A stretch of DNA of 64,000 nt. It comes from Octopus vulgaris (Eukaryota). Shown here in pieces: positions 27,832 to 41,839 of the stretch. A program made the position numbers and the translations under genes. Position 1 is the first letter of the stretch, and each line of letters starts with the position of its first letter. The stretch is from NCBI GenBank assembly GCA_951406725.2, contig OX597822.1:5270001-5334000 (forward strand), in the 5' to 3' direction. A model generated the notes under the pieces. It saw only the letters and a program-made list of their open reading frames with translations. It was not told the DNA's origin and did no database searches.

Positions 27832-29346
27832 ATGTATTATGTGTATACATACATAATGGGCTTCTTTCAGAATCCATTTACGAAATCCACTGAAAAAGCT
27901 TTGGTAATCTCAGTATCTTTGTAGAAGACACTTGCCAGGTAGTGGGACTGAAACTAAAATCACATGGTTGGAAAGTAAACCTCGATACCAAAAAGCTATG
28001 CATAAACCTATTAAGTGTATATTGGTTGCATTACATCTGTTAAAAAGGTCAGTGGAGTGAGCTGAAGAATGAAACTGAAAATCAAAGGTATTAGCCAATA
28101 TGTAAAAATGAGACAATTATACAAATGAACCAATGAAAGAGCCTCTATATGGTCACTTGCTCTGCCAGAGATAACAGGCATATCTCTCATATCATTTTAT
28201 AGAATTAAAAACGAATGCCACATTGAATAGTGTAGTCCTTCAGAATTGTGTCTGCAAAACATAAATAAAAATGTGTAATGATCATAGCTCTGATTTTCAG
28301 GCTAAACTTGTTGCCAAATAACAAGAATATTAATGTGGAAATGTAATGAGAAGAAATGTTATAAACTAAGCGAAAAGGAACCATAATCTCAAGATAGAAC
28401 ACAAAGGTACCAGAATTAACTCAGACTTGCACTGAAGTTAAAAGAACAGCTCAGGAAACTGATGCAATATTGCAGAAAGAAGAGCTGTAGGCAGATAATT
28501 TCACTGTAACGATGATCCAGCCAAAAATGTATGGAAATGCAAGCATTAAAAGAATGATGAAGATGATAAACAGAAATACAACAGTTAGCTAATTAGTATC
28601 TGGCAAGAAGCTATACAATAGCGTTTTCTAAAGCACGATTTATCATTAATAGGATAATGCCTCTAGTTTTGATGTACTAGTACAGCCTAATTGTTATGAT
28701 AATAAGTTCTACTATAGCTGTTTATGATGTTGTTTATAAAGGAACAGCTTGAAATTTTATTGAATAAGGACCCACAGAGCCAAATTGCAGCAGGAAGTCA
28801 TACACTGAATATTAATATTTTCCTTTCAGACACAAAGAACTTTTTATAAAGGGAAGGTTATACAACCAACTATCTCAATCCTCAGTGCATTACTGGTACT
28901 TATTTTATCAATGCTAGAAATAGCAGGAGCAAAGTCAACTCCAGTAGGATTCAAATATAGAGCTAGATCTTTTATGGTTATATGATATGACTACTGCTAC
29001 AATTCTGCTTTTCTGAAGGAACACTAGTATTGCTGTACCTTTTGTTTCACTCTACCCAATTAATATCTGCCAATAAAGATCAACATTGTCACACAGAATT
29101 CTTGCAAATAGTTTTTAATTATAGCTAATTTCTTTTCACTCTGCAAAATAATTGACTGACTTAGACACTGAGAAGTATCAAATAAAAGAAATATGAAAAT
29201 TTAGAATTAATTACTTCTCTGTTTCTCTTGGAAACAAAATGTAAAGTTCCTCTGTCTAGATTTGACCTTCAAACTTAAACCATTGAACTTTAATACAAGA
29301 GGGAATCTTGATTAGACAATATTCATTGTTGCTTTCAGAAATAATA

Positions 29347-29565
29347 GTTTCAAATTTTGCCAAAAAGCTAGTAATTTTTTTTTTAAGGGAAGGTGAAAGT
29401 TGATTAAATTGACCCCAGTGCTTGACTGGTACTTATTTCACTGATCTCAAAAGGATGAAAGACAAAGTCACCTTTGACAGTATTTGTACTCAGAACATAA
29501 AGTCAGAAGATATATCGCTAAGATTTTCATCTGGCATGGTAACAATTCTGCCAGCTTACTGCCTT
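29347..29565 (-). mobile_element. SINE family C
   Basis: Homologous to 38-252. Confidence 0.7.
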
Positions 29566-30879
29566 ACTTTCAGAAATAATAATAATAATAATGATAAAGA
29601 TACAGAGACATAAATAGAATTAATATGATTCTGTATGGAAGGAAGGTGGAAGCTTGAAACCTTTGTATTCTTGGCACACAAAGAAAATCACATTCATTTC
29701 ATGACAAATTATCAAACATTCTACCTATAAGTTTAGCATGTGTGTGTGTGTGTGTGTGTGTGGTGCACACATGCATGCACATACGTACACATCAATTATT
29801 GATTTAAAGACTACACTTCCATGCATGCAGGGGTCAGATGGAATTTAATGAGGCAGATTTACAATAACCAGCTGCCCTTCCTATCACCAACCCTCACTTG
29901 TTTCTAAGTAAGGTAAGCCATTCCCTTTTGACTGAACAGGTTTTCATGGAAGACTGCAAAACAAATCACACTACCTGTATGATAGGGACATTCATTTACA
30001 ACAATCACACATTGCCAAATAGATGCACACAAGCACACACATGTGTGCTTGTGCATGCACTCACACACACATACACACACACAAATACAGAGAGAATGGG
30101 TTTTTTAGCTTCCATCCACCAAAATCTACTCACAAGGGTTTGGTCAGCCTGGGGCTGGAAACACACTTTTTAACCACACACCCCATGTTTGCTCTTTCTA
30201 TTCTATACACAAATAGCACAAACAGAGAGAGTGAGAGACAAGTGCTAGATGAAAGCATGAAATGATTTTTCAGAGCTATTTTGAATGAAGGAATATCTAT
30301 TGAATTAAACTTCTATAGCATAATGAAAATTTGTGGTATGCTTCACCTGTGACTGACTTCAAGGCATAGCTCCTTCTAATGTGGAAGCATATACTGTGTG
30401 AGCAATCATTGAGATTATTAGGTTATCATGAAGATTCCAAGATAGATGTCTTGGGTTCATGTTATCTCTTGGGGCTAATTATTAATTTTTTTTCTTTCAA
30501 AGCAAACTAAATTAAAAATAAAAGTATTTTTAATTTCTCTTCTATTTATTTGGAAGGAAAATATTTAATAAAAGTCAAATAAAAAAAAACATCTTGAAGG
30601 TTTATTGATTTTTGTTATTCAAACTACACTTAACAAAAGCTTTCTATTTTCTCAGTTTAGAAGCTTTCCTTTGGTTATTTAAAAGATACAAAAACCAGAT
30701 GAACTTCTTAAGAAACAAAACAGCCACATAGAAACTCTTATTTCCTGCACATAATTCTTATAAAACTTGGGAATAAAACTGAAATCTATAAGAAATAATA
30801 CTATTAAGCAATAACTGGCAGGATTTTAAAATGGTAATGGCACTTATTTTCCATTTTTTAAATTAATATCTCTTATTTG

Positions 30880-31282
30880 TGTCAATCATTAGACTGTGGT
30901 AATCCTGAGGCACCACCTTGAAGAATTTTTGTCGAATGAGTCAATTCATGTACTTACTTTCTTTTTTAAAGCTTAGTACTTATTCTATTGATCACTTTTG
31001 ATAAACCACTAAGTTATGAGGCTATCAACACCAGTTGTCAATTGGTGGTGGTGGACAAACACAAATACAGAGTAAGAGAGAGAGAGAGGGGCATGCACAT
31101 GCACATACACACACACATGCACACACAACAGGCTGCTTCTTTCAGTTTCCATCTACCAAATCCACTCGCAAGGCTTTGGTTGGCCAAGAGCTATAGTAGA
31201 AGACACTTGCCCAAAGTGTCATGCAGTGGGACTGAACCCAGAATCATGTGGTTGGGAAGCAGACTTCTTACCACACAGCCAG
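30880..31282 (-). mobile_element. Family A SINE
   Basis: Reverse complement of the family A head, core and tail. Confidence 0.85.
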
Positions 31283-32381
31283 ATTGTGTCATTGCATATT
31301 GTTATTATTTTTATTAAAAAAAATAAATTTAACCTTAAATTATCAACAATAGCAAAAATTAAAGCTAAATAAAAAAGAAAAACATTAATGTATGAAAAGA
31401 GAAATTAAACAAAGGTATTTAAACAATATAAAATAAAACTCTACTTGTCTTAATAAACAATTATGGATGTTCAACAGGCATTTAGTAAAAATGAATTAAA
31501 GTTAGAAGGGGCTTTGAGCAGAACAATTGGAAAATTCCTCTCAGCTGAAGAATACATAGCTACACTTTAATTATGACCATCACTATCATCACCCCACAGA
31601 CATCATTACCATAATCATCATCACTGACAAAAACAAAGAAAGAAAGAAATACAAATAAAATATTCTGGTTCTAAAATGAATAAGATGCAATCAAAAAAGG
31701 TGTTGAGTTGAACTGAAATTTAAGAATACTCAGTTGAATATTTTTTAGAAATCAATTGAGATTAGACAATAAAAGACAATTAACTAATTAATATCAGGTT
31801 ATTGTTTTTAAATGACAAAAGCAAAAGAAACAAAGAAAATATTCTATGATACTGGGAGGGGACAAAGTCATTAGAGATCCTAAAGATCTTTATAAAAAAG
31901 GTGATGTACAAAGTTAATTCAAAAGAAACAGTTAGATGATTAAAACCATTTATATGATAGCAAATACCAAATAAATTATTTAATTTAAATTAGTAACAGT
32001 TGTAATTTAATTCTGTTAAAAATAATTTATTTTGTAATTTAAAGAGAAAGCATTGAGTCTCAAGAGATTCTGTTAAATTGAAATTGGTACAAGTCGAGTT
32101 AAATATTTAATGATTAGTCAAGAATTATTACATACTAATAATATTTGGTAGAAAGATGAATGTATGGGAGCAATTTGCAGAAGGATACAGATTAAATAAA
32201 CGAAGAGGGACTGAGCAAAACAAGAAGCAAATGGTAACAAGAAAGATAAATAATAGGTAAGGGAGAGGGAAGGGGGCAATGAATATTTGACATGAATATC
32301 TTATATCTTCATATTTGATACGAATATATATATGACTCAGGAAGATGTGATGAGAGAAAAAAACCTTCAGATATTGAGCCT

Positions 32382-32783
32382 CACTTAAGGAGATGACAAG
32401 AGACTGGAACTTGAGATGATTTGCTGTACTTGAGAAGACACATCAATCTAAGTAAAATTGTGGCCATCCATAAATAGAGGCATGTCCTTTATGGTGATTT
32501 CCTTACTCCTTCTCCCAGCTGAGAAGTCTTTTGTCTTGCAGGTGCTGGTGCCATGTAAAATCCACTCATGCTTGTGCTACATGAACACACCCATACTTGT
32601 GGTATGTAAAAAGCACCCATCACACTCTGTAAAGTGGTTGGTGTTAGGAAGGGCATTAAATCATAGAAACCATGTCAAAACAGCAGAGTCTGGACAGCTC
32701 TCCAGCTGGTCGACTCCTGTTAAACTGTTCAACCGATGCAAGCATGGAAAATGAACATTAAACTATGATGATGATGATGATGA
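32382..32783 (+). mobile_element. 5'-truncated RTE LINE (ORF end plus 3' tail)
   Basis: Encodes EMTRD...FAVLEKTHQSK*, followed by the family B tail and (GAT)n. Confidence 0.65.
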
Positions 32784-32869
32784 TTAAATATTTAAATGAT
32801 AAAGCAAAGAAACTTAACCCTGTCTCACCATATTCCCACTACAACATGGAATATGGTAAATGTCAGCTC

Positions 32870-33248
32870 TTTTGGATTCTGCAGCCATGCTGGGACACCG
32901 CTTTGAAGAGAATTTAGTTGAATGAATCAACTTCAATAGTCAATTTTACTGGTGCTTATTCTATCAGTCTCTTTTGCCAAACTGCCAAGTCACGGGGATA
33001 TAAACACACCAAGACTAACAGTGTAACAGTGTTGGGTGACAAACACTAACACAAACACAAACACACACACACACACACATATATAATAGGTTTGTTTTAG
33101 TTTCCATCTATCAAATCCACTCACAAGGCTTTGGTCAGCCTGAGCTTAAAGTAGAAGATGCTTGCCCAAGGAGCCACAGAGTGGGACTGAACTTGAAACC
33201 ATGTAGCAGGAAAGCAAGCTTCTTATCACACAGCCATACCTGCACCTA
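32870..33248 (-). mobile_element. Family A SINE
   Basis: Reverse complement of family A. Confidence 0.85.
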
Positions 33249-33619
33249 TATGTTAATATTTCATTGAAGGAAATGACCTATTCCAGATTTAGAAATAGTA
33301 ACTTGACAAAGGATTTTAGAGAATATGTCAAATAGTAAGATTTAAATTAATCATTGTTATCAACTTCATGATTCACATAAGAAAAGACCTTCATTCTATT
33401 TCTCTTTATTGTTAAATTTCTATGTGATGATGTCACACATACACCACAAACAAAAAAGAAAAAAATGAAACCATTTTTCTTGGAAACTTCAACTGATATT
33501 TTTTATACAAAATATTTCAAGAAAATTGCAGCTATATAATATAATAGGTAAATGGATAGATAGATACACATGTGCACTATGCATGCACATACCCACACAC
33601 TCGTGTGTGTGTATGTATA

Positions 33620-33718
<99 letters not shown>

Positions 33719-34457
33719 TGAGGGTGTGTGTCTAAGTTTTATCAAGAATACCTACTGCAAAACCATATAAACCATTATTTACAATCTAACGAGCAAGTTA
33801 TATATAACATTTATTTTGTTTCTTTAAAGCTTTAAAGAAATATCAAATCTCATAACTGAAATCTATACTTTCTATTTGCAATGTATTGAATCTTTTATAG
33901 AAATGAAATTATTCTGATTTATTTTTTCTCATTGACAAATACACAGAATATGTATGTGCGTGTGTGTGGGTGTGTGTGTGTAGTAACAAAGAGGAGAAAA
34001 AGTACTCAATGCTTGATGATGAGTATAGATCATTTTATTCCGTTAGTCGAAACTAAACTGATTAACACTATGTTTCCATGCCTGTTTTACCAGTTAACCA
34101 TATTGGAATGGAACCATACAGCATCAAAAGAGCAATTAATGAACTCTATATAACTTCATTGAACATGTTCGCCTCATCACCACAGATTTTTTCTTGTGGC
34201 ATTCTTGTAGTAAAACTGTAATTCTCTAATTCATCATTTCTGTATTGATTCAACAATGTATCCATGTAACAACTTCATACGACTCCTGAGCCAACTTCTC
34301 TACATACCACACCTTGTAACCTGCTGAATTTCTTTCCCTAGTGATCCCATGTAATTTTATTTCATATCCTCACATTTCTAACTGGTTTGTTGTACAGTTC
34401 TATATTTAAGAGATGAGGAATTATGTACATTTACATTATTTACAATTGTTTGTTGTT

Positions 34458-34503
34458 AACACAACATTTCAGCTGATATACCCTCCAGCCTTCATCAGGT
34501 GTC
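34458..34503 (-). ncRNA. Minimal type-I hammerhead motif (Penelope-like type)
   Basis: GACAC-CTGATGA-A-GGCTG-GAGGGTATAT-CAGCT-GAAA-TG-TT-GTGTT: stem I GACAC/GTGTT, stem II GGCTG/CAGCT. GAAATGTT is one CpG transition from GAAACGTT. Confidence 0.7.
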
Positions 34504-34530
34504 TTGGGGGAAATTTCAAACCTGGGATCT

Positions 34531-34631
<101 letters not shown>

Positions 34632-34704
34632 CTGTGTATGCAAATCAAATAATAGAATTTCTGTGTATGCAAATCAAATAATATATATATATATATATAT
34701 ACAT

Positions 34705-35010
34705 GGAGGCGCAATGGCCCAGTGGTTAGGGCAGCGGACTCGCGGTCAGAGGATCGCGGTTTCGATTCCCAGACCGGGCGTTGTGTGTGTTTATTGAGCG
34801 AAAACACCTTAAAAAGCTCCACGAGGCTCCGGCAGGGGGTGGTGATCCCTGCTGTACTCTTTCACCACTCTTTCTCCCACTCTTTCTTCTGTTGGCCTGC
34901 TCGCTTAGCCAGCGGGGTGGCGTCGTTCGAAGGCTAAAACAATGCAAACGCATTGTGACCAGCGATGTGTAGCAACATCTGATGGTCTGGTCGGTCACGT
35001 GATCACATGA
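34705..35010 (+). mobile_element. Young CpG-rich tRNA-derived SINE, family D
   Basis: Head GGAGGCGCAATGGCCCAGTGGTTAGGGCAGCGGACTC...GGTTTCGATTCC has A and B boxes, followed by a non-tRNA body; inserted in (TA)n. Confidence 0.85.
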
Positions 35011-35085
35011 TATATATACACATTGATTGTCAGTGTATCATATATCCGAAAAAGAGGCACACTCTAAAGCATAGAGCAGTAAAGT

Positions 35086-35314
35086 ATTATTAAAGTAATC
35101 AAGTTAATATCCAGTCATAGGGTGACCAATGGTTTCACATCCACAAAGGCCCAAGCCTTGCAAAAGTCACATCAGACTCTAAAACCGAAGAGGTCAAAAG
35201 TTACATTTGTCTTTGGTTTAAGTGTCTGATGAGACAGCCACAAGGCTAAGGCCTAAGTGGACATGAAACCATTGGTCAGTCTATGACTGGATATTAACTT
35301 TATTACTTCAATAA
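35086..35314. mobile_element. Palindromic ~230 bp element with a hammerhead-like motif in each arm
   Basis: Arms 35086-35191 and 35210-35314 are imperfect inverted repeats. The plus arm has CTGATGA(35226)...GAAACCATTGGTC. The minus arm has TAGAGT-CTGATGT...GAAACCATTGGTC-ACCCTA. Confidence 0.8.
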
Positions 35315-35847
35315 TTAATACACACACACACACACACACACACACAGATAACTGTATTTATTTATCTATGGACTCATTTGCATGCATATGCATACATTGT
35401 GCACACACTTATTATGTGTTGAATACATCATGTATATGTATATATGCATATGCATGAGGGATGCCAGACATCTGATGTGCAGGGCATTTGTATTATACAG
35501 GCAAGTGTGTGTGTGTGTATGTATGTATCTATCTGAATATTCTATCACTCATTACTTAGAATTTCTGTGTATGCAAATCAAATAATTTGACTTCTATCTT
35601 TAACTTCCTCGGGAGTGATCTGTTCTAATCTGTATTAACATGAAGTCTGCTAGTTTATACCTGAAGTCAAGTCACACGAATCTGTGATGTATGCTGACCA
35701 TCCAGAAGAGTATATTCCATCTACCATCTTGTTCATATTATTTGTTGTATGCTTCCATTCTCAAATATTTGACTGACAAAACATACTAATCTGACTGAAA
35801 CACTCCTTCATTCATTTATTTATTTATTCATGTTTACATGCAAACAT

Positions 35848-36055
35848 ATCATCATCATCATCATCATCATTCAACGTCCATGGTCCATGCTTGCATGGAT
35901 TGGAAAGTTTGATAAGGATCCAATAAGTTGAAGGACTGCATCATGCTCCAGTGTCTGCTTTGGCATGGTTTCTAATGCCAACTACTTTACAGCATGGACT
36001 GGTTGCTTTTTTGGGGCCACCGGCACTACTAAGGTTGCCATGTAGCTCGCAAGTC
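35848..36055 (-). mobile_element. RTE LINE 3' tail (family B), diverged
   Basis: (CAT)n followed by CCATGCTTGCATGG and TTTGGCATGGTTTC motifs. Confidence 0.7.
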
Positions 36056-37160
36056 AACAAACCCAGCAAGAGTAAGAGGTTGGGGTAGAATAGGGTCTTG
36101 TTGTAGAGAAGACACATGGCTAAGTATGGATGGGGGTGGGGTGGCTAAGTAAATTTCACCAATCTGTCAATGTAATTGAAAAATAACACCTACTACTAAT
36201 GCATGTCTGCATCTGACCACAATAACCTCTCTATTTTTCTTATAGTATGGCTCTAATGCTTAACATTCTCCAATTTCCATTACTTTCTTAAACTGATTGC
36301 ATATATATTTATTCAAGTGGAACAGTTTCCAAACTTTTCCCTTTATTCGTACCAAATATTAATAAATTTATATGCCAGATGTGATACTACTGAAGTTGAC
36401 AGGGAAGTTTTAATACATTACCAGGTGTTGTAAGATTAAGATGAGTTTTTTTTGCAGAATATACAAAAGTGAATTGATAACAGTATTAAGCACTGTTATT
36501 GATTTGATTAGATTTCCAGACAAGAATTGAAACACAAAATAAAATAGATAAATAAATAAAATCTGTGTATGGTATGTGTCTGCATACATTACACTATATA
36601 CATCCCTATAGTTGTTGCCTTAGGACATACCCATGCAATTTCATATCGGATGACAACAACAACAACTTTACAGGAAGAAAAGAATTCGATATCAAAACCA
36701 ATAATTGAATTCCTTGTTCCTTAAACTATACCATTAAAATAATAACAACAATAACAATAATATATTGTCGATGCTAGAATATATAAATAAATAATAGGAA
36801 GACATCCAGTATAAAAGAAAGTCATTGGAAGGACTAATAACATACTACAGCTGATTATCCTAACAACAAACAGATTCTGTCTAGTTTCAAAACGGGAAAC
36901 AAAAACAACAAATAACTATCAAAATTGAAAGGAATCGGTTTGTGGAAAGTTTCTGTTGGTTGTGTGTGAGCATGTGTCAGTATGTGTGTGCGTGTGGTGT
37001 GTCAATGTTATGGACTGGAAATGCTATATTGTTGTGTGGCCTATATGCTACAGTTAAGTGAGGAAGACATGGGGACAGAATAAAGATCCTGTGAGTACAC
37101 ACACACACACACACACACAGTATAGACACACATATATTCATACACATGTAAATACATATA

Positions 37161-37193
<33 letters not shown>

Positions 37194-37987
37194 TAGACAT
37201 ATATTTATATAAATATACAGACACACACATATATATATTCATACGCATATACACACAGACACACACACATACACACACATATATATTTACACACACACAC
37301 ACACACATACATATGCATGTACAATGAGAACAAGTACACAATGCATGGATCACTATTTATTTGCTCATTCATCCAGAACTGATTGGTTTACTCGGTTCTC
37401 CAAAGTACCTTTCTCGTATCAGCTCCTTCTATATCATTTCAATGAACAAATACATATGAGAAACTCTGATTAGCAACAGAGTGAATTATCTGCTTTGAAG
37501 GAGGCTGGAGGATGCTACCTTACATCATATTACCACTCATCTCAATCATTTGTCATCTTGATTGTGACACCTAACTTCCTGACATCTGACTTTACATCTT
37601 GTATCTTCCACTCTCTCAACATTGTTGTAAGAACCTTGTATTATCAGCACACAGCATCTTTTCACCTATCACTCATAATACATTCATATCACATATCTGC
37701 ACAGTCGTTTCTCCTTCTTCTATTGGTTAATGTCTTTAATGCTAAGCCATAATCTCAGCTAACTTGAGCTCTGTTGCTTTTCTTGGAAGCTTATGTTATA
37801 CATTCAACAGATCAATTCTTCAGTATTTCAAGCTTAGTTATTTCATGTTGTAATGGTAAAAGGGATCTTTTATACAATGTCTTTCCCATCTGTATTGACC
37901 TCGATTTATCATAATGTTCTTAAACTCCCACTCACTCACGCTCTCTCGCTTTCATCCTCTCACACATGCACACACACGCACACACAA

Positions 37988-38018
<31 letters not shown>

Positions 38019-38099
38019 CACATCTTTATGTGGCATATGTTAGTGCTTAGTTCAACTCCAGCTGAAATGCAGGAATCTACATATAACATAACAATAATT

Positions 38100-38302
38100 G
38101 TTACAAATATAGGTGCAAAGCATGAAATTTGGAGTTGAGGCAAGTCAATTTGATGGACCCCAGTACTTGGCTGGTACTTTATTTTATCAGCCCTGAAAGG
38201 ATGAATGGCAAAGATGACTTTGGTGGGATTTGAACTCAGAACATAAAGAGTCATAACAAAACACTACGAAGCACAATGTTGAATGCTCATATGATTCTGC
38301 TA
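38100..38302 (-). mobile_element. SINE family C
   Basis: CTGGTACTTTATTTTATC...GAAAGGATGAATGGCAAAG...TTTGAACTCAGAAC, shared with 38-252. Confidence 0.7.
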
Positions 38303-38410
38303 CTCTATAAATTTTCTATAGAATTTAGAGCCAGCACAAAGTTATGAAGTTTTTTATATACAAATGCAACTATGTTGACACTGCAATTGAAGATAGAAAA
38401 ATAGATAATG

Positions 38411-38460
38411 GGTGTGTATGCACATTTCAGGAATTATTGCTCCTTCTTCAGAACCACATC
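38411..38460 (-). ncRNA. Degenerate hammerhead-like motif
   Basis: CTGAAGA-AGGA-GCAATAAT-TCCT-GAAA-TGTGCA-TA: stem II AGGA/TCCT and near-palindromic stem III; stem I is weak. Confidence 0.5.
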
Positions 38461-38753
38461 CAACCAATTAACCATCCATGAATTCATTGCTCAAAATAGC
38501 CACTATGTTTAGCAGTGTAACACTACTGGATAGACCAATTTACATATTAAACACATTCCTGGTAACTGGTATGTACATATTAATTGCTGGTAGGGACACT
38601 AAATTTTGTTTTGCAGCCATATTAAAGGTATATTAAAGATTTATAAACCAACATTGTGTCCTACTTTGTGTTAGCTGTGTGATGTTTCCAGTCTTTTTTT
38701 AGTGTACCTCTACAGATTTTCAAGACACATGCATGCACACAGACAGACAGACA

Positions 38754-38795
<42 letters not shown>

Positions 38796-39109
38796 AACAC
38801 AATGGATATCCACACACTTTGCACCTACCAAATTCAATTACAAGGTTTTGCTAATCTTGGAACTATAATAGGAAACACTTGTCCAAGGCGCCAGACAATG
38901 GGACTGTATCCACGTGGCTGCAAAGCAAAATTCTATGCCTGCACCTGTTTCGATGATTACAACAGAATCAAAAAGGAATTGGGGGAGGGGGGAAATAAAT
39001 AAATATAAAAAATGTCTTTGTCTATATACATTTATCTGAATTAAGTATGTGAACAAAGAAGATTTTAACACTTGAAGACTTCAGAGTAACCAATGTTGAT
39101 GGCGTTTGT

Positions 39110-39271
39110 CGGAGTGGCTGTGTGGTAAGTAGCTTGCTAACCAATCGCATGGTTCCGGGTTCAGTCCCACTGCGTGGCATCTTGGGCAAGTGTCTTCTGC
39201 TATAGCCCCGGGCTGACCAATGCCTCGTGAGTGGATTTGGTAGATGGAAACTGAAAGAAGCCTGTCGTGTG

Positions 39272-39306
<35 letters not shown>

Positions 39307-39528
39307 TCGTGTGTCTGTGTTTGTCCCCCAAGCATTGCTTGACAACCGATGCTGGTGTGTTTACGTCCCTGTCACTTAGCGGTTCAGCAAAAGAGACCTA
39401 TAGAATAAGTACTGGGCTTACAAAAAATAAAGCCCAGGGTCGATTTGCTCGACTAAAAGCGGTGCTCCAGCATGGCCGCACTCAAATGACTGAAACAAGT
39501 AAAAGAGTAAAAGAGAGTAAAGAGAGTA
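39110..39528 (+). mobile_element. Family A SINE, full length
   Basis: Near-identical to the 9255 and 10210 copies. Confidence 0.92.
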
Positions 39529-39708
39529 TCACCATACGCTAGTCACAATGTGTAGTTCTTGACATCAATATCATTGCTCTTAGTTTAATGCTTCTTCACA
39601 TCTGTTGGCATCCATGCACAAATAGATCAGTGGAGAAGAACACACCAGGTTACTCAATGATTTTGATAGGTGCAAAATGATAATTAATACAAACACAATT
39701 TCAATATA

Positions 39709-39929
39709 TATGAAGGGGTGCCGAAAAGTACTTGGCTTTAACGGTATTGTAAGAGGCCCGGTTGGAGGCACAATAGTCCGAATTCTTTTACAAAACTTAG
39801 AAAAACTGAAGGACTACTGCAATAAGTGTGTGAATCTGAGAGGGGAATATGTTGAATAAAGTCATAATTAAGTGATCCTCCTGTATTTTGTTTTACCCAA
39901 AGCTAGGAATTTTTCAGTACTCACTCGTA
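39709..39929 (+). mobile_element. Mariner deletion derivative (MITE)
   Basis: TA-flanked imperfect TIRs TGAAGGGGTGCCGAAAAGTACTTGGCTTT / AAAGCTAGGAATTTTTCAGTACTCACTCG. It retains the mariner transposase C-terminus KLKDYCNKCVNLRGEYVE*. Confidence 0.85.
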
Positions 39930-40249
39930 TATTCAGTTGAAATATATCTTTCCACAGTCACCATAATTCTCAACAAGGTAACAATATGAATTTGGGGTGT
40001 TACTCTGTATGACATCCATTAAGGTGTGTCAAAGTAAAATCCTCACTCTTGGTTTCATGCATCTTTTTTCAGATCTTGCCTCAGTTTTATGAAGACAGTT
40101 GTTAGCAATATTAGGGTGTAAAACAAATATCTGATGCATTTGGTAAAAATACCTCGGGGAGAGAGGAATGTTATTTCAGAGACAAAGTTTGCCAATCAGG
40201 GACAACGTACCCCTATAACTGTTCATCATTGTGTAGTTGATAATCTTAT

Positions 40250-40600
40250 GTTTAAGCAACTTGTCATTTTGAAGGAATCCTAATTGATTTGAGATATTAG
40301 AAAACAATCATACTGAAACAAACCCTTTTTAAATTCACATGTATCATGCATGTCCCTATCAAATTCAGGCACATCTTTAAAGATGCTTTCTTGTATGTTT
40401 CATGTTGTTGTCCCACCAACAATTTGCAGCTCATGAAAAGAGCATGTCACAGATTTGTGTTGTAAAATTATACAAATATAACATATGTCAGGATGTTGTG
40501 GATTAACAGCAGAAAGTTTTCAAATTGACAATCCATGTTTACTACTTGTCCAATGCTTTTCTGTCAATTTATTTCAAACCTATCTATATTGGACACCATG
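40250..40600 (-). pseudogene. Probable Helitron Rep/helicase fossil fragment
   Basis: Minus translation AVNPQHPDICYICIILQHKSVTCSFHELQIVGG / QQHETYKKA resembles the Helitron motif VHP...YYLRLLL...GPTSFEDLRTV...TFKEAC. Confidence 0.4.
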
Positions 40601-41801
40601 TATCTCTGAAGACAAGGTGAAAGGATAAATGATTTTTCAGTGCTTATTGTAGAAGTAATATACAGTTAAGGAGCAGCAAATAAACTGTAAGTATACCTCA
40701 TGGAATGTTTAAGAAATGAATATTAAAAATATATCAAAGAATTTTTCTCATAGACTTTCATCCTAACTTTCACAGAATGACAGTGAAATAAAATAAATGA
40801 AATTATTTGTCATTCTGGGAAATTAAGTATGAAAATAAATAATTTGATTTCTAGAAAATTATGTCCTTCTCCCTGAAGCGTAAATGTAAAAAAATAGATG
40901 AAAGGGATGAATTTCTGTTCAAATTCATTTTGAAAGTCAAGATGTGTCAGATACACAGACAGTGTTATTTTAACAATATATACACACACATACACACACA
41001 CGAATCCAGCATGACAGTCAGAGCAAAGTTACAGGAAAACTTCAATAAATGACTGACTTTTCTTCACTGTTTTCTTTAAGATACTGAATAAATCATGATG
41101 TTTTCAACATACAAGTAATGCCATTAGGAAGCTTGTGTTTTCACTGAGTACAAACCATGTATTAACAGATAATAAGCAGCTTAAAATATTTGTTTAGCCA
41201 TTTTATGTACTATTTATGGTAGTTAAATGAAATGTGGTTTTATACCCGTTCACCATATTACAACAGGATTACACACAATTCTTGTCTACTAAATTCCATT
41301 TACCAAAGATTGCTCAAAAACAGGTTATGGAAGAAGACACTTGCCCTAAATACAAATGGGAGTGTGAAGTAAAGTTTTACCTATAATATATATCTATCTA
41401 TATATATATATATATATGTATCATCATCATCATCATCATAGTTTAAAATCCTCGTTCCATGCTGGCCAGGCAAAAGCCTGCACATTGTTGCTATGTCGGT
41501 TGTGGCATGGTTTTCATGGCTGGATGCCCTTCCTAACACCAACCACTCCACAGAGTGAACTGACTGCTTTTTACATGGCACCCACTTACATATATATACA
41601 CACACACACACATATATATATACATATCAAGAATAATCAGTCGAAATTGCGAGGATAATCTGGTGCTTGACTGATGAAAGAAAACATTGAATGCTCTGTC
41701 CTTGTTTTCTTTGTTTTGTCTATCTGGATGTTTTGCTGTCCCATTTTTTATCACCTAGCTGTTCGGATGTTTTGGATTCTTGTCCCATTTTGTCCATTTT
41801 G

Positions 41802-41839
<38 letters not shown>

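Noticed and set aside
33819-33840. Perfect 22-bp palindrome TTTCTTTAAAGCTTTAAAGAAA
   Set aside because: Low-complexity and AT-rich with no context suggesting function.
34705-34780. tRNA gene
   Set aside because: It has A and B boxes but no proper acceptor stem or poly-T terminator, and runs into a SINE body.
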